The translations under genes were made by a program, and so were the position numbers. A stretch of DNA of 62,923 nucleotides, counting the filler, from Deltaproteobacteria bacterium (GTDB taxonomy: Bacteria; JAEEML01): NCBI GenBank assembly GCA_016283195.1. It is 3 parts of 3 records of this genome, joined end to end, with 100 filler letters (N's around TTAATTAATTAA, not from the genome) between each part and the next. Parts side by side here need not be neighbours in the genome. Positions count along the whole stretch, not along the records: positions 17,106 to 33,968 come from JAEEML010000118.1; 2 more parts are not named here. One strand, written 5' to 3'. The notes below the pieces were generated by a model. That model was not told the DNA's origin and did no database searches. It worked only from the letters and a program-made list of their open reading frames with translations. Of the stretch, positions 20,016 to 31,508 are shown piece by piece. Numbering within the stretch: the first letter of the stretch is position 1; each line of letters starts with the position of its first letter.

Positions 20016-22094
20016 ATGAAAAACGGCCCCAATAATGCCATAGACCCCATAAAGAATCTAAACCCGCTGAAATTGGTTTTTGCTACCAGAATCGGTTCGG
20101 TGGGCATTATTGCTGTTGTCGGCGTTTTGCTCTTTATCCTGGCCGATATAGTCCATGTTAGCCTCTCTTTTCAGGCTATTTCCACCAAAAGCCTGGCTCT
20201 GCTTATAACGCCGACTTTGGAAAAAGCGATTGATACCCAGGATGCCCAGTCGGACAAAGTGGATATTGCTGCTGTTTTGGCCAAATTTTCGGAGCTTGAT
20301 TTTGTCTCCTATGTCGATTTTATTGATGCCAGCGGCAAAAGTGTGGCCTCCTGGACGCGTGACAAAGGCGATAATTCCTTCAGCTATCGCCATGCCCGTC
20401 ATGTGCTTAGCGGTGATTATGACTTTACCAGCCACGGTATGTATAGCAAATTTCAAATAAAAGATCATAAATTGATTGTCGGCACTTCCATTGCCGAGCG
20501 CCTCTGGGAAAATCTGGCGCGTTTTAGCGGAATTTATTTTCTTATAACTATTATTGTGGCCACTTTGGTGTGTCTCCTCTTTGTGGTTTTTAATAAACGT
20601 ATTTTAACCCCGCTTATTAACTTAAATCGCAATGCCAATAAAATTTTAGCTGATAACGATCTTACAACGCCGCTGCCGATTGAGGCCCAAAGCCAAATCG
20701 GGCAGATTACCAAGTGCATAAATTTAATAATTGCCCGCCTAAGAAACATGCTCCTTGATTTGCGTGAAACTTGTAATAAATTTGCCGATATAACTGCTTC
20801 TCTCCAAGCGGCCGGCAGCGATATCACCGCTAACGCCACAGCTATTCGCACGGATATTACAACCACCAAAGAGACGATGAATGAGCTCAATAATTCTTTT
20901 GGTTCTGTGGCCGCAAAATTGCAAGAATTAAATGCCCAGAGCGAGCGCGGTTCCACCACCGTTTACCAAATGGGGCAAGTTAACCAGGAAGTTTTTGAAA
21001 ATGTCACCTCCATGAGCGCCTCCGTCAGCCAGTCTATTGCGGCTATTGCGCAAATGTCGGAAGCTATTCAGGAAACAGCGACTCATGTGGCTCAGCTAAA
21101 TAGTGATATCGGTAGTGTTGATGTGGCTATGCAGCGCCTTAGTTCTTCCATTACCATGGAGGAAAATAGCTCCAAAGATTCACTGATTCTGGCTAAGGAA
21201 CTGGCTGTAAATGCCGATGCCGGTATGCAGGCTTTAAAGAAAACTATTGACGGCATTGCGCTGATGCAAAAGAGCTCCGATGACACAGCCGCCGTTATCA
21301 GAACCCTCGGTAATCATGCCATGGATATTGGCAATATTTTGCATGTTATTGATGATGTTACCAAGCAAACCGGGCTCCTGGCCCTAAATGCCGCCATTAT
21401 TTCCGCGCAAGCCGGGGAGCATGGGCGCGGTTTTGCCGTGGTGGCCGATGAGATAGGCGCTCTCGCTACGCGCACCAAAGAGTCCACCAAAGAGATAGCC
21501 GAGCTCATTATGACCATCCAGAATGAATCGAAAAAAGCTGTGGCTGTTATGGAAGAAAACATCACCACTATCGAGCATGGCGCCAAACTCGGCGCCGAGG
21601 CTGAGGCTGCTTTTAACAAGCTTAAAGCATCGGCCGATAAATCCACCAAACAAGCCGAGAATCTGGCTAGTGCCACTAATGAGCAGGCCAGTGATGTAGA
21701 GGCGGTAAATCAGGCTATAAGCGGCATTACCGGCACGCTGGAAGCCATTAACGCAGCGGCCAAGCGGCAAGCCGAGGAGGCGGAAGCAATGAATAGCGCC
21801 GCCGGCAAAATGAACCTTTTGAATCAGCAAGTGGCCCGTTCCAGCGAAGAACAGGCCCGCTCGGCCAAAGATGTATTAAAAGCTATCCAAAATATCTCCG
21901 GCATGTCCGCGGCGGTGAGCGAGAGCCAGAATATGCAAATAGAGAGCACCGGGGAAGTTGTTTTAGCCGTTGATTCCGTTGACAAAAACGCCGCTATGCA
22001 AGGACAGGCCGCCGGGCGCCTGGTGGCCATTATCGAAGCCATAAATAAACAGCTAAAACGCCTTTCGGAATTTACGACCGAATTTAAGATTTGA
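20016..22094 (+). CDS. Methyl-accepting chemotaxis protein 3
   Basis: Same architecture and tip motif; GAGGAG RBS. Confidence 0.96.
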   Translation: MKNGPNNAIDPIKNLNPLKLVFATRIGSVGIIAVVGVLLFILADIVHVSLSFQAISTKSLALLITPTLEKAIDTQDAQSDKVDIAAVLAKFSELDFVSYVDFIDASGKSVASWTRDKGDNSFSYRHARHVLSGDYDFTSHGMYSKFQIKDHKLIVGTSIAERLWENLARFSGIYFLITIIVATLVCLLFVVFNKRILTPLINLNRNANKILADNDLTTPLPIEAQSQIGQITKCINLIIARLRNMLLDLRETCNKFADITASLQAAGSDITANATAIRTDITTTKETMNELNNSFGSVAAKLQELNAQSERGSTTVYQMGQVNQEVFENVTSMSASVSQSIAAIAQMSEAIQETATHVAQLNSDIGSVDVAMQRLSSSITMEENSSKDSLILAKELAVNADAGMQALKKTIDGIALMQKSSDDTAAVIRTLGNHAMDIGNILHVIDDVTKQTGLLALNAAIISAQAGEHGRGFAVVADEIGALATRTKESTKEIAELIMTIQNESKKAVAVMEENITTIEHGAKLGAEAEAAFNKLKASADKSTKQAENLASATNEQASDVEAVNQAISGITGTLEAINAAAKRQAEEAEAMNSAAGKMNLLNQQVARSSEEQARSAKDVLKAIQNISGMSAAVSESQNMQIESTGEVVLAVDSVDKNAAMQGQAAGRLVAIIEAINKQLKRLSEFTTEFKI

Positions 22095-22286
22095 TGTCCT
22101 AATTAAGAAAAATATAATAATTAAAGTATCACCAAAAATAATTAGCTAAACCTACTTTTAACCTACCGTTTTTTTTAATAAAAACAAGAAGAAAATATTG
22201 ACTTGCTTCTATAGTTGCTTCACTGTGGAAGGGTGTTTTTGTTTTTTTGAAAAGTTGCTTGTTTTGTTACACCAAGGAGATGATCG

Positions 22287-24365
22287 ATGTCGGTAGGAGA
22301 CAAAATAGATATTTCCGTCGATGCTAAACAAACAATTCACTTTCGCGTGGCGAGAGCTATGGTTATTTGCAGTATAGCCATAATCTGCCTCCTGGTGCTG
22401 GTAGCCGTTATGGCTCTTGGCACTTCTTCTTCCTATCTAACCAAAGACATAGCCGATAATTATGTGGCTCATATCGGGCCAGCTATGCGCGCGGCGCTGG
22501 ATAGCAAGAGCTCTCAGGAAGAGCTTAGGCAAAAATTAAGCGCTCTTGAGCATTTGGATTTGCTGGCGCACGGCGTTTTGCTGGATGAGCAAAATAAGCC
22601 GCTGGCGGAATGGCACCGCGATGGCGATGAAGCCGCTTTTGATGGCAAAATAGCCAAAAAAATCGCTGCCGGTGAATTCAAGAGCTCAGGCACAATTCTT
22701 TATATAAAAAGCTATATTGATAATAAAAAAGATTATTCCGTGATGGTGGGCCTGGATGCAGTGGGGCTCTTTACCGAGCAAATTACCAGATTCGGCCTCT
22801 TTTATTTTGTGGGAGCTATCGGTTTTGTCCTCTTTTGCTATTTAGCTTTTTATCTGGCCGATTTTCATCTCATAAAGCCGCTTACCCATGTTGGCGAGCA
22901 TGCCTCCAAAATGCTTGATAAAAGTGATTTGACCTATGTCTTGCCCTTTGAATCCGATACCGAAATCGGCCAATGTACCATTGTTATAAATACTATAAAC
23001 GACAAAATGCGCACCTTGCTCCTCTCTTTTCGCGATGTTTGCGAGGAGTTTGAAAAAGTGGTGAAAAGCCTTGAAGAGCAGGGGGGCAATGTTTCCGCCG
23101 ATTCGCAAACAATGAAGAAAAATATTGATAATACCAAGGGCAAAATGGAGGAACTCACCACCTCTTTTATGGCAGTTAACGAGGAGCTTTCAAAGCTTAC
23201 AGCCCAGAGCGAGCGCGGTTCCACTACTGTTTATGAAATGGGCCAAGTCAACCAGGAAATGTTTGAAAATGTTACCGCCATGAGCTCTTCGGTTATGCAA
23301 TCTATCGAAGCTATTAAACAAATGGGCGCCGCTATAGAGCAAACTGGCAGCTATGTGGGCCAGCTAAATGATGATATCGGTAGTGTTAATGCTTCTATGC
23401 AGCGCCTGGATTCTTCAATCGCTCTGGAAGAAAAGAGCGCTTTTGATTCTATAAATCTCTCCAAAGAATTGGCCCAAAATGCCGATAACGGCATGACAGC
23501 TCTTAAGCAAACCATTGAAGGTATTGAGCAAATTCAAAATAATTCCGGGGAGATTGCTAAAGTGATTGCCACTCTCGGTGACCACGCTATGGATATTGGC
23601 AATATTTTGCATGTGATAGACGATGTGACCAAACAAACCAATCTTTTAGCCCTAAATGCCGCTATTATTTCGGCTCAGGCCGGGGAGCACGGGCGCGGTT
23701 TTGCCGTCGTGGCCGATGAAATCGGGGCCCTGGCCAGCCGCACCAAAGATTCCACCAAAGAGATTGCCGAGCTCATTGATACCATCCAAAATGAGGCCAA
23801 AATGGCGGTTGCCGTTATGGAAGAGAGCAATTCCACTATTGAACGCGGGGCCAAACTCGGCGCCGAGGCTGCCAGAGCTTTTGATAAATTAAAAGAATCG
23901 GCCGACAAGTCCACAGCTCAAGCCAAGATATTGGCCGAGGCCACAGCCGAGCAATCCACTGATGTGAAAAATGTTACCCAGGCGATTGCTAGTATCACCG
24001 GCACGGTGGAGGCGATAAATCACTCCGCCAGGCGCCAGGCCGATGAGGCGGCAGCACTCAATCAGGCAGCTAATAAAATGAATATGTTAAATCAGCAGGT
24101 TGCGCGTTCCAGCGAGGAACAGGCCCGCTCGGCTAAAGAAGTTTTAAGAGTCATTCAGAATATTTCCAAAATGGCCGAAGCGGTGAACGGGCGTCAAATT
24201 GCCCAAACGGAGGGGACAAAGCTCGCCGTTTCCACCATTAGCGCAGTAGGTAACTGCGCCAATTTGCAAGATGAATCAACCGGGAGACTTACGCGGGCAA
24301 TTGACGAAATCAGCCATCATATCGGTAAATTGCAAAGCTATACCAAGGAGTTCAAAATATCATGA
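22287..24365 (+). CDS. Methyl-accepting chemotaxis protein 4
   Basis: Same architecture and tip motif; AAGGAG RBS. Confidence 0.96.
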   Translation: MSVGDKIDISVDAKQTIHFRVARAMVICSIAIICLLVLVAVMALGTSSSYLTKDIADNYVAHIGPAMRAALDSKSSQEELRQKLSALEHLDLLAHGVLLDEQNKPLAEWHRDGDEAAFDGKIAKKIAAGEFKSSGTILYIKSYIDNKKDYSVMVGLDAVGLFTEQITRFGLFYFVGAIGFVLFCYLAFYLADFHLIKPLTHVGEHASKMLDKSDLTYVLPFESDTEIGQCTIVINTINDKMRTLLLSFRDVCEEFEKVVKSLEEQGGNVSADSQTMKKNIDNTKGKMEELTTSFMAVNEELSKLTAQSERGSTTVYEMGQVNQEMFENVTAMSSSVMQSIEAIKQMGAAIEQTGSYVGQLNDDIGSVNASMQRLDSSIALEEKSAFDSINLSKELAQNADNGMTALKQTIEGIEQIQNNSGEIAKVIATLGDHAMDIGNILHVIDDVTKQTNLLALNAAIISAQAGEHGRGFAVVADEIGALASRTKDSTKEIAELIDTIQNEAKMAVAVMEESNSTIERGAKLGAEAARAFDKLKESADKSTAQAKILAEATAEQSTDVKNVTQAIASITGTVEAINHSARRQADEAAALNQAANKMNMLNQQVARSSEEQARSAKEVLRVIQNISKMAEAVNGRQIAQTEGTKLAVSTISAVGNCANLQDESTGRLTRAIDEISHHIGKLQSYTKEFKIS

Positions 24366-24425
24366 TAATATATAATTATCGCGCGTAATTATGGTACCAT
24401 GAACTGAATTTTTTGGGAGAAAGTT

Positions 24426-26519
24426 ATGCCAAAGGAAAAGCTTAATAATAGAGTGCACGAATTTAAAAGCAAAATCAGGCAAAATAAATTAACGCTGCTC
24501 TATCTCTTTTCTACGCGCATCGGCGGTGTCGGTTGCGCCGGTGTGGCGGCCTTAAGTCTCTTTATTTTTGTGAGTATGAGTTATGGCACGTTAGAGTATT
24601 ATAACGCCCTCTCGGAGGCTTGGGTAAATTATGAGCGCCCGCTTATTAGTGCCATTTTAAATGATGGAAGTACGGAAATTACTTTGGAAGAAGAGCTTTC
24701 AAAGCTAGCGCAGTTGCAACATGTCAATTATATTGCACTTTTGGATGGTAATGGCAGTTTGCAATATAAATGGCAGCGTGATGACCAAGATAACACCTTT
24801 AATTATCGCTATGCGCGCACTCTTAAAGATAGCCAAACAACTCTTAACTTTCATGGTTCTTATGGCAAATATCAAATAGATAAAAGTCATCACCTAATTT
24901 TGGGCAGCAGTGTTAAAACAATCATGGGTACGCTGGTCAAAGGCTCCACTTTTTTAACAATGTTTTTCATGCTGGCTATTGTTATTACTTTAATAGCTCT
25001 CCTCTATTACTTCTTTAATGTGCGCATTATTGCGCCTTTGGTGCGGGTTACAGAACATGCTCTTGATATAGTCGAAAAGAGCGATTTGACGCTCTCGATT
25101 CCCATAGAGACCAAGAGCGAAGTCAGCCAAGTGGCTAAAGTGATAAATATTGTTACCGGCAAGTTACGCAATATTTTGTGCGATTTACGCGATACTTGTC
25201 ATAGATTTGCGAGTATTGCCGAGGAGCTCGGGCAGGCCGGCGGAGATATCACCGCTAATTCCAAAACTATCCGCGGCGATATTCAGGTGGCCCAAAAAAC
25301 TATTGGCGATTTAAATACCTCATTTAATGATGTGGCTCTTAAATTACAAGAACTTAGCTCCCAAAGCGAGCGCGGATCCACCACCGTTTACCAAATGGGC
25401 CAAGTTAATCAGGAAGTTTTTGATAATGTTACAGCTATGAGCGCCTCGGTGACCCAATCGGTGGCAGCCATTAAGCAAATGACCGAAGCCATAGATGAAA
25501 CAGCCGGCCATGTGGTGGAGCTAAATTCGGATATTACCAGCGTCAATGCCTCTATAGAGCGCCTTGATTCCTCCATTTCTTTGGAAGAAAAGAGCGCCGG
25601 TGATTCCATTTCCATAGCTAAAGAGCTCTCGGAAAATGCCGATAACGGCCTTCTGGCTCTTAAACAAACCATTGAAGGTATTGAACAAATTCAAAAGAGC
25701 TCGGCTGAGACAGCCAAAGTTATTGCCTCTCTTGGCGAGCACGCTATGAATATTGGCAATATTTTGCATGTGATAGATGATGTGACCAAGCAAACAAACC
25801 TCCTGGCCCTAAATGCCGCCATTATTTCCGCTCAGGCCGGTGAGCACGGGCGCGGCTTTGCCGTTGTAGCCGATGAAATCGGGGCTCTGGCCAGCCGCAC
25901 CAAAGATTCCACCAAAGAAATTGCTGAGCTAATTAGCACTATTCAAACCGAAGCTCAAAGAGCCGTAAATGTTATGCGGGCCGGAGAAAATACTATTGCG
26001 AGCGGCGCAAAACTTGGGGCAGAGGCAGCTAAAGCCTTTGATAAACTTAAAGAATCTGCCGATAAATCCATCATCCAGGCCAAGGCTCTGGCTCAGGCTA
26101 CCATGGAGCAAGCAGCTGATGTGCGCGCTGTTACCGGTGCTGTGGAGAGCATAACCGGCACCGTGGAAGAGATAAATAAATCTTCACATCGCCAGGCCGA
26201 AGAGGCGGCAGCGCTGAATCAGGCGGCGAGCAAGATGAACCTCCTAAATCAGCAGGTGGCTCGTTCCAGTGAAGAACAAGCGCGTTCTGCTAAAGAAGTT
26301 TTGCAAGTTATCCGGAATATTTCCGAGATGACCTCTATGGTAAACGAGCGCCAGGTGGCGCAAATTCAAAGTGCCAAGGAGGCGAGTAACGCTGTTGATT
26401 TTGTTGATAAAAATGCTATTTCGCAGAGCAAGGCTGCCGATAAACTCAATAATATCATTCTGACTATCGATGAGCAGCTCAAAGAGCTTAATGTCTTTAC
26501 CGAAGAGTTTAATATCTAA
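24426..26519 (+). CDS. Methyl-accepting chemotaxis protein 5
   Basis: Same architecture and tip motif. Confidence 0.96.
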   Translation: MPKEKLNNRVHEFKSKIRQNKLTLLYLFSTRIGGVGCAGVAALSLFIFVSMSYGTLEYYNALSEAWVNYERPLISAILNDGSTEITLEEELSKLAQLQHVNYIALLDGNGSLQYKWQRDDQDNTFNYRYARTLKDSQTTLNFHGSYGKYQIDKSHHLILGSSVKTIMGTLVKGSTFLTMFFMLAIVITLIALLYYFFNVRIIAPLVRVTEHALDIVEKSDLTLSIPIETKSEVSQVAKVINIVTGKLRNILCDLRDTCHRFASIAEELGQAGGDITANSKTIRGDIQVAQKTIGDLNTSFNDVALKLQELSSQSERGSTTVYQMGQVNQEVFDNVTAMSASVTQSVAAIKQMTEAIDETAGHVVELNSDITSVNASIERLDSSISLEEKSAGDSISIAKELSENADNGLLALKQTIEGIEQIQKSSAETAKVIASLGEHAMNIGNILHVIDDVTKQTNLLALNAAIISAQAGEHGRGFAVVADEIGALASRTKDSTKEIAELISTIQTEAQRAVNVMRAGENTIASGAKLGAEAAKAFDKLKESADKSIIQAKALAQATMEQAADVRAVTGAVESITGTVEEINKSSHRQAEEAAALNQAASKMNLLNQQVARSSEEQARSAKEVLQVIRNISEMTSMVNERQVAQIQSAKEASNAVDFVDKNAISQSKAADKLNNIILTIDEQLKELNVFTEEFNI

Positions 26520-26687
26520 TTTCGGCCGTCTTTGGCGGCTTTCATCAGCTATCCTTTATAATAATCTGATTATGTAAATAATTTTAGAATATTAGCTCTT
26601 TTAGCAAAATTGTTTAAATAATTAGCACATTTTGTAAAAGTTAATTATTTGATAAAATAGGCTAAATATGATAGCTAGCCAAAATGA

Positions 26688-26709
26688 TTTTGGGCGTAAA
26701 AGCCCAAAA
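26688..26709. terminator. Perfect hairpin TTTTGGGC-gtaaaa-GCCCAAAA (terminator-like or leader structure)
   Basis: 8-bp perfect inverted repeat between MCP5 and MCP6. Confidence 0.4.
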
Positions 26710-26771
26710 GCCACGCTCTGATAATGCCGGCTATAGTTGCCGGTGAGCAAAAGTCCGGAGTTTTTAGCTTA

Positions 26772-28841
26772 ATGGAAGATAACAGCAGCATTTTTATAGA
26801 TAAAAAACAGGCTTTGCTTTACCGCGTGAACCGTGCTTTTGCTTTACTGGGGCTGGCCGGTGGTTTGAGCCTGGCCATTTTGGTCTCTTTTTGCCTCAAT
26901 TACTTTTCGGCACGCGAAGTAACTACCGCCGCCAGTAAACTTATGCCGACCTTGGAAAATAAATTAGCGGCGCCCATAGCCTCAGGTGAGGCCGCAGCGC
27001 TTAATAGCGCTTTTGAGAGTCTGGCGGGCAAACTGGAAAACCTGGCATATCTTGCACTTTTAAATGAAAAAGGCGAGCTTGTGAGTAGCTGGGTAAGTGA
27101 TGGTAACTTAAGAAATTTTAATTACAAAATAGCTAAAAAGCTCAGTGTCGGCACCGCTTTGAGAGACGGCTTTTATTTTTATTCCAAATATACTTTTGCG
27201 GATGCGGCCAGCTATACGCTGCTTTGGGCTGTCGATATCCGCCATATAAGCGCCCAAAATCTCTCTTCCTGCCTGATTTTTTATATAATGCTTTGCTTGG
27301 CTTTGGCCATTACGGTAACCCTCTGTATTCGCATTACCAACCACCACTGCTCTTATCCGCTGGCCCATGTTTATGAGGGCACGGTTAAAATTCTTGATGA
27401 GAGCGATTTAACCATTAAGTTGCCGGTGGAATCCAATTCGGAATTTGGACAGATAGCTGTGGCTCTTAATGTCCTTACCGGCAGAATAGCCGCGATGCTG
27501 AGCTCTTTTAAGAAGATAACCCAGGCTTTAAATGAAGTTACCCATGAACTTGGCAGCTATGGCGCTCAGATTTCCAGCGGATCGCGTACTATCCAAGCGC
27601 ATACTGATAATACCGCCGCCAAAATGCAGGAATTTTCCGCCTCTTTTGCCGAAGTTTCGGCCAAACTCAGGGAACTCACCGGAGAATCGGAACGCGGTTC
27701 GGCCACGGTTTACCAGATGGGCCAGATTAACCGGGAAGTCTTTCAAAATGTTACCGCCATGAATAATTCTGTGGCCTCCTCCACCGAGGCCATTGGACAA
27801 ATGACTAAAGTTATTGAAGAAACAGCTGCTATGGTGGAAAAACTGACTGCCGATATAACGGGTGTCAATGTGGCTATGCAGCGCCTTTCCGGCTCCATTG
27901 CCATTGAAGAACAGAGTGCCGGAGAGTCTCTTACGCTTTCCAAAGAGGTGGCCAAAAACGCTGCCGGCGGTATGCTGGCCCTTACAGAGACGATTAACGG
28001 TATCAGCCAAATTGCGGCCAGTTCTAAGGAGACAGCCCAGGTAATAAGCGCTCTTGGCCAACATGCTATGGATATCGGCAATATTCTTCGCGTGATAGAA
28101 GATATTACCAAGCAAACCGGTCTTCTCGCTTTAAATGCCGCCATTATCTCTGCTCAGGCCGGTGAACACGGACGCGGCTTTGCCGTTATTGCCGATGAAA
28201 TAGGGGTCCTTGCCGGGCACACCGGCGAGTCCACCAAGGAGATAGCGGCTCTTATTACCACTATTCAGGATGAAGCCCAAAAGGCAGTGGCGGTGATGGC
28301 CGCCGGTGAAGAGATTATCCAAAAAGGGGCCGACTTAGGCGCCAGAGCCCAGGGATCTTTTAACAAACTCAAGGAATCTGCCGATAAAACCTCAAAACAG
28401 GCCGCAGATCTGGCTAAATCCACTATGGCCCAGGCAGAGGAAGTAAAGAGTGTTATTAAAGCAGCGGAAAATATAACTGCCACGGTTAAAGAGCTAAGTC
28501 TTTCGGCTAAACATCAGGCCAAAGAGGCTGAGGCTATGAATATGGCGGCCGCCAAGATGAGCCAAATAAATGAAGAAGTGGCTCGTTCCAGCGAAGCACA
28601 GGCCAAATCGGCAGAGGATGTTTTAAAGGTTATTGAGCATATTTCAGCCGCTCAGGCTTTGGTTAGCAAACAGCAGGAAGCCCAGGCGGAAGGTACTACC
28701 AGAGCGGCGGTAGCCGTTAAAGAGGTGGATAGAGCGGCCCAGTTGCAAAATGAGGCTGCCATGCACCTTTCTCAGGCTATTGGCGAGATAAACGGGCAGA
28801 TAAAAATACTCACCGGCTATGTAAACGCCTTTAAAATATAA
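26772..28841 (+). CDS. Methyl-accepting chemotaxis protein 6
   Basis: Tip motif [14 protein letters not shown]; start chosen after a GGAG (ORF track starts at 26724). Confidence 0.95.
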   Translation: MEDNSSIFIDKKQALLYRVNRAFALLGLAGGLSLAILVSFCLNYFSAREVTTAASKLMPTLENKLAAPIASGEAAALNSAFESLAGKLENLAYLALLNEKGELVSSWVSDGNLRNFNYKIAKKLSVGTALRDGFYFYSKYTFADAASYTLLWAVDIRHISAQNLSSCLIFYIMLCLALAITVTLCIRITNHHCSYPLAHVYEGTVKILDESDLTIKLPVESNSEFGQIAVALNVLTGRIAAMLSSFKKITQALNEVTHELGSYGAQISSGSRTIQAHTDNTAAKMQEFSASFAEVSAKLRELTGESERGSATVYQMGQINREVFQNVTAMNNSVASSTEAIGQMTKVIEETAAMVEKLTADITGVNVAMQRLSGSIAIEEQSAGESLTLSKEVAKNAAGGMLALTETINGISQIAASSKETAQVISALGQHAMDIGNILRVIEDITKQTGLLALNAAIISAQAGEHGRGFAVIADEIGVLAGHTGESTKEIAALITTIQDEAQKAVAVMAAGEEIIQKGADLGARAQGSFNKLKESADKTSKQAADLAKSTMAQAEEVKSVIKAAENITATVKELSLSAKHQAKEAEAMNMAAAKMSQINEEVARSSEAQAKSAEDVLKVIEHISAAQALVSKQQEAQAEGTTRAAVAVKEVDRAAQLQNEAAMHLSQAIGEINGQIKILTGYVNAFKI

Positions 28842-28889
28842 AAAGGAAGGCGCTGTATTTTAAGGCCAGTGCCGGACAGGCAGAAGAAA

Positions 28890-30926
28890 ATGGGAAAGCA
28901 GAAAATAGAAAAAGCTACTAAAACCATTAAATATATATATGCCACCAGGGTAACCTGGATTGGGCTGTTTTGTGTCGTCAGTTGCTCGCTTATTATTTTA
29001 GGGGCCATGACGCGGGCATTATTCCACTATGAAGCCGGGGAAGCCAGAGCGATGGTGGCTCTTTTAGCTGATGATTTTGCAAGGGCTGCTAAAGATAACA
29101 ATGTGGAATTATTGGAAAAAGAGCTTGGTAAATTTTCTGGGCTCAAATTTTTGAGTTATGCCGTTATCTTAGATGCTGCCGGGCGCAAAGTGGCTCTTTA
29201 TGAAGACGGTGCCCACCGGGGCGAAATGAGTTATAAAAAAGTTCCCGATCTCAATGGCGAGGAACAAAAATTGACTGCCGACGGGCTTTATCAAAGCTTT
29301 AAAATAGGTGATTATAAGCTGGTTACCGGTATTGCTTTTACAGCTTTCGGCAGCTTCTTTTTTATATATTTTGTGGTCTTTTTAGGCGTCTTGGGCGCTA
29401 TTTTTTATGCCTGGCATATATTTTACCAAAGAGTGGTGGGCCATCTCATTACAGTTACCGACAATATTACCAAAATAGTGAACGAGAGCGATTTGACTAT
29501 TGCCATTCCCACTGTCGCCGCCTCCGAAGTTGGTAAAATAGCTCTTTGTTTTAATTTGATAATCGGCAAATTAACAAAGATGTTGCAGAGCTTACAGGAG
29601 GCGCTGCATAGCCTCGAAGCGGTGCAGATTATGCTCAAAAATACCGGCGGCAGTTTGCATGACAATGCCCTTGCCATCAGGAGTCATATTAAAGATACCA
29701 GCGGTATAGTAAACGGTCTTTTAGTATCTTTTAATGATGTTTCTGCCGAATTGGAGAATCTGACAAACGAATCGGCACGTGGCTCTGCTACTGTTTACGA
29801 GATGAGTGCGGTTAATGAAGAGGTTTATCAAAATGTCGGTGCCATGGGCGGAGCGGTAAACGAATCCACCGCAGCTATAGAGCAAATGACCAAAGCCATT
29901 GATAAAACGGCAGGCCATGTGGCCCATTTAAATGAAAATATCGCTACAGTTAATGCTTCTATAGAGCGTCTTGATGTCTCTATTGCCGACGAGGAAAAGA
30001 AATCGCAGGAGGCTATAGATTTGGCCAAAGAGCTTATGGCCAATGCTGCCGACGGTATGACTGCTCTTAAAGAAACCATTGACGGTATCGGGCAGATTCA
30101 GGCCAATTCCCGGGAAACAGCCGGAGTTATCGACTCTCTGGGCCGGCATGCCATGAATATCGGTAATATTCTCCATGTGATAGATGATATAACCAAGCAG
30201 ACGGGCCTCCTCGCCTTAAATGCCGCCATTATTTCTGCCGATGCCGGTGAGCAGGGGCGCGGCTTTGCGGTGGTGGCTGACGAAATCGGGGCTCTGGCCA
30301 GCCGTACCAAAAGTTCTACTAAGGAAATAGCCGCCCTGATTGCCACTATTCAAAGCGAAGCTGCCAAAGCCATCAAAGTGATGAAGGAAAGCTCAAGAGC
30401 TATCGAAAAGGGCGCCAAACTTGGCGCAGAGGCCCAAAAAGCCTTTGATAAACTTAAAGAATCGGCTGATAAATCCAATGACAAGGCTGTAGCTCTCGCC
30501 AAAGCCACCATGGAGCAGGCGGGTGATGTGCGCGCTGTGAGCATGGCTATTGCCAGCATTACTGGCATGGTGGAAGAGCTGAATATAGCCGCCGGAAAAC
30601 AGGCCACTGAAGCCCGGGCACTCAATGAGGCGGCCGCTAAAATGAGCAGCATAAATCAGCAGGTGGCCGGTTCCAGTGAAGAACAGGCGCGCTCGGCCGG
30701 TGATGTTTTAAAAGTCATTAAAAATATCTCCGATATGGCGGCTCTGGTCAGTGAGCGGCAAAAAGTGCAAATTGCCAGTGCCGAAGAGACGCTCAAAGCC
30801 GCCGCCATTGTAGATAGCAACGCTGTGAGTCAGGAAAGTGCAGCCGAAAAACTAACAGTGATTATTGCCGATATTGCCAAGCAGACGGCAGAGCTTGAGG
30901 CTTTTACCAAAGAGTTTAAAATCTAA
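28890..30926 (+). CDS. Methyl-accepting chemotaxis protein 7
   Basis: Tip motif [18 protein letters not shown]; two TM helices plus HAMP. Confidence 0.95.
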   Translation: MGKQKIEKATKTIKYIYATRVTWIGLFCVVSCSLIILGAMTRALFHYEAGEARAMVALLADDFARAAKDNNVELLEKELGKFSGLKFLSYAVILDAAGRKVALYEDGAHRGEMSYKKVPDLNGEEQKLTADGLYQSFKIGDYKLVTGIAFTAFGSFFFIYFVVFLGVLGAIFYAWHIFYQRVVGHLITVTDNITKIVNESDLTIAIPTVAASEVGKIALCFNLIIGKLTKMLQSLQEALHSLEAVQIMLKNTGGSLHDNALAIRSHIKDTSGIVNGLLVSFNDVSAELENLTNESARGSATVYEMSAVNEEVYQNVGAMGGAVNESTAAIEQMTKAIDKTAGHVAHLNENIATVNASIERLDVSIADEEKKSQEAIDLAKELMANAADGMTALKETIDGIGQIQANSRETAGVIDSLGRHAMNIGNILHVIDDITKQTGLLALNAAIISADAGEQGRGFAVVADEIGALASRTKSSTKEIAALIATIQSEAAKAIKVMKESSRAIEKGAKLGAEAQKAFDKLKESADKSNDKAVALAKATMEQAGDVRAVSMAIASITGMVEELNIAAGKQATEARALNEAAAKMSSINQQVAGSSEEQARSAGDVLKVIKNISDMAALVSERQKVQIASAEETLKAAAIVDSNAVSQESAAEKLTVIIADIAKQTAELEAFTKEFKI

Positions 30927-31004
30927 GCGCTTCCTGTTTTTCCTGTTTTCGCCTGGGCCCGCTCAAATTTGAGGCTAGGTATCCCCGGAGCGCTGCGTGC
31001 TTTT

Positions 31005-31300
31005 CTGCCCTCACCCCACAAGCTAAGCGGACCTCACCTCATAACTCATTGAATTTTTATGAAAATCGCCCCTCTCCCAAGCGGCGAGGGGCTCCGCTAA
31101 ATGTCAAAAAACAATAACTGACTCCCGAGCCCTGTAGGGCGCCGGGGCGGTAGCCCACCTCACCCCGACCATTAAAGCCGGTTTTTGCAAGGCGCCCCTC
31201 TCCATTTTTACAAATGGAGAGGGGGTACATCTTATTGAATTTTCATATATTTTGTGGGGTGAGGGGCTTCGAAACAAGCGGGGTTTTCCCTCCCGCAAAG
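31005..31300. repeat. Composite REP/MITE-like palindromic element (copy B)
   Basis: CCCTCACCCC/GGGGTGAGGG motifs; CCCCTCTCCC-aagc-GGCGAGGGG; CCCTCTCC-atttttacaaat-GGAGAGGG at ~31196-31223 is the near reverse complement of 2207-2234; TAACTGACTCCCGAGCCC (~31114) matches TAATTGACCACCGAGCCC (~2113). Confidence 0.75.
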
Positions 31301-31508
31301 AAAAAGAAGAATAAAATCAAGAATTAGAATCGAGCAAAACGGGCATTGCATTTAAGAAAAAGACAGCCTCGTGAACGGAGGTTTCTTCACTACAAAGAAA
31401 AAACAAAATAAAATAAAAGAATTATTGTTCCGATAGAGAAGAGGCCGATAGCAAAATTTCTCAGCTGTTATTTGGCCCTAGGAGTTGAAAAGAAAAGCCT
31501 AAGAATTT

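Noticed and set aside
26670-26750. c-di-GMP-I riboswitch upstream of MCP6 (AAAGCC...GTTGCC resemblance)
   Set aside because: It lacks the GGCAAA/GNRA/GACGC core by eye. An Infernal search with RF01051 would settle it.
17127-30652. Recurrent antisense ORFs within the MCP genes (e.g. ...[19 protein letters not shown]...)
   Set aside because: They are shadow frames of the conserved MCP coding sequence, with no RBS or independent features.
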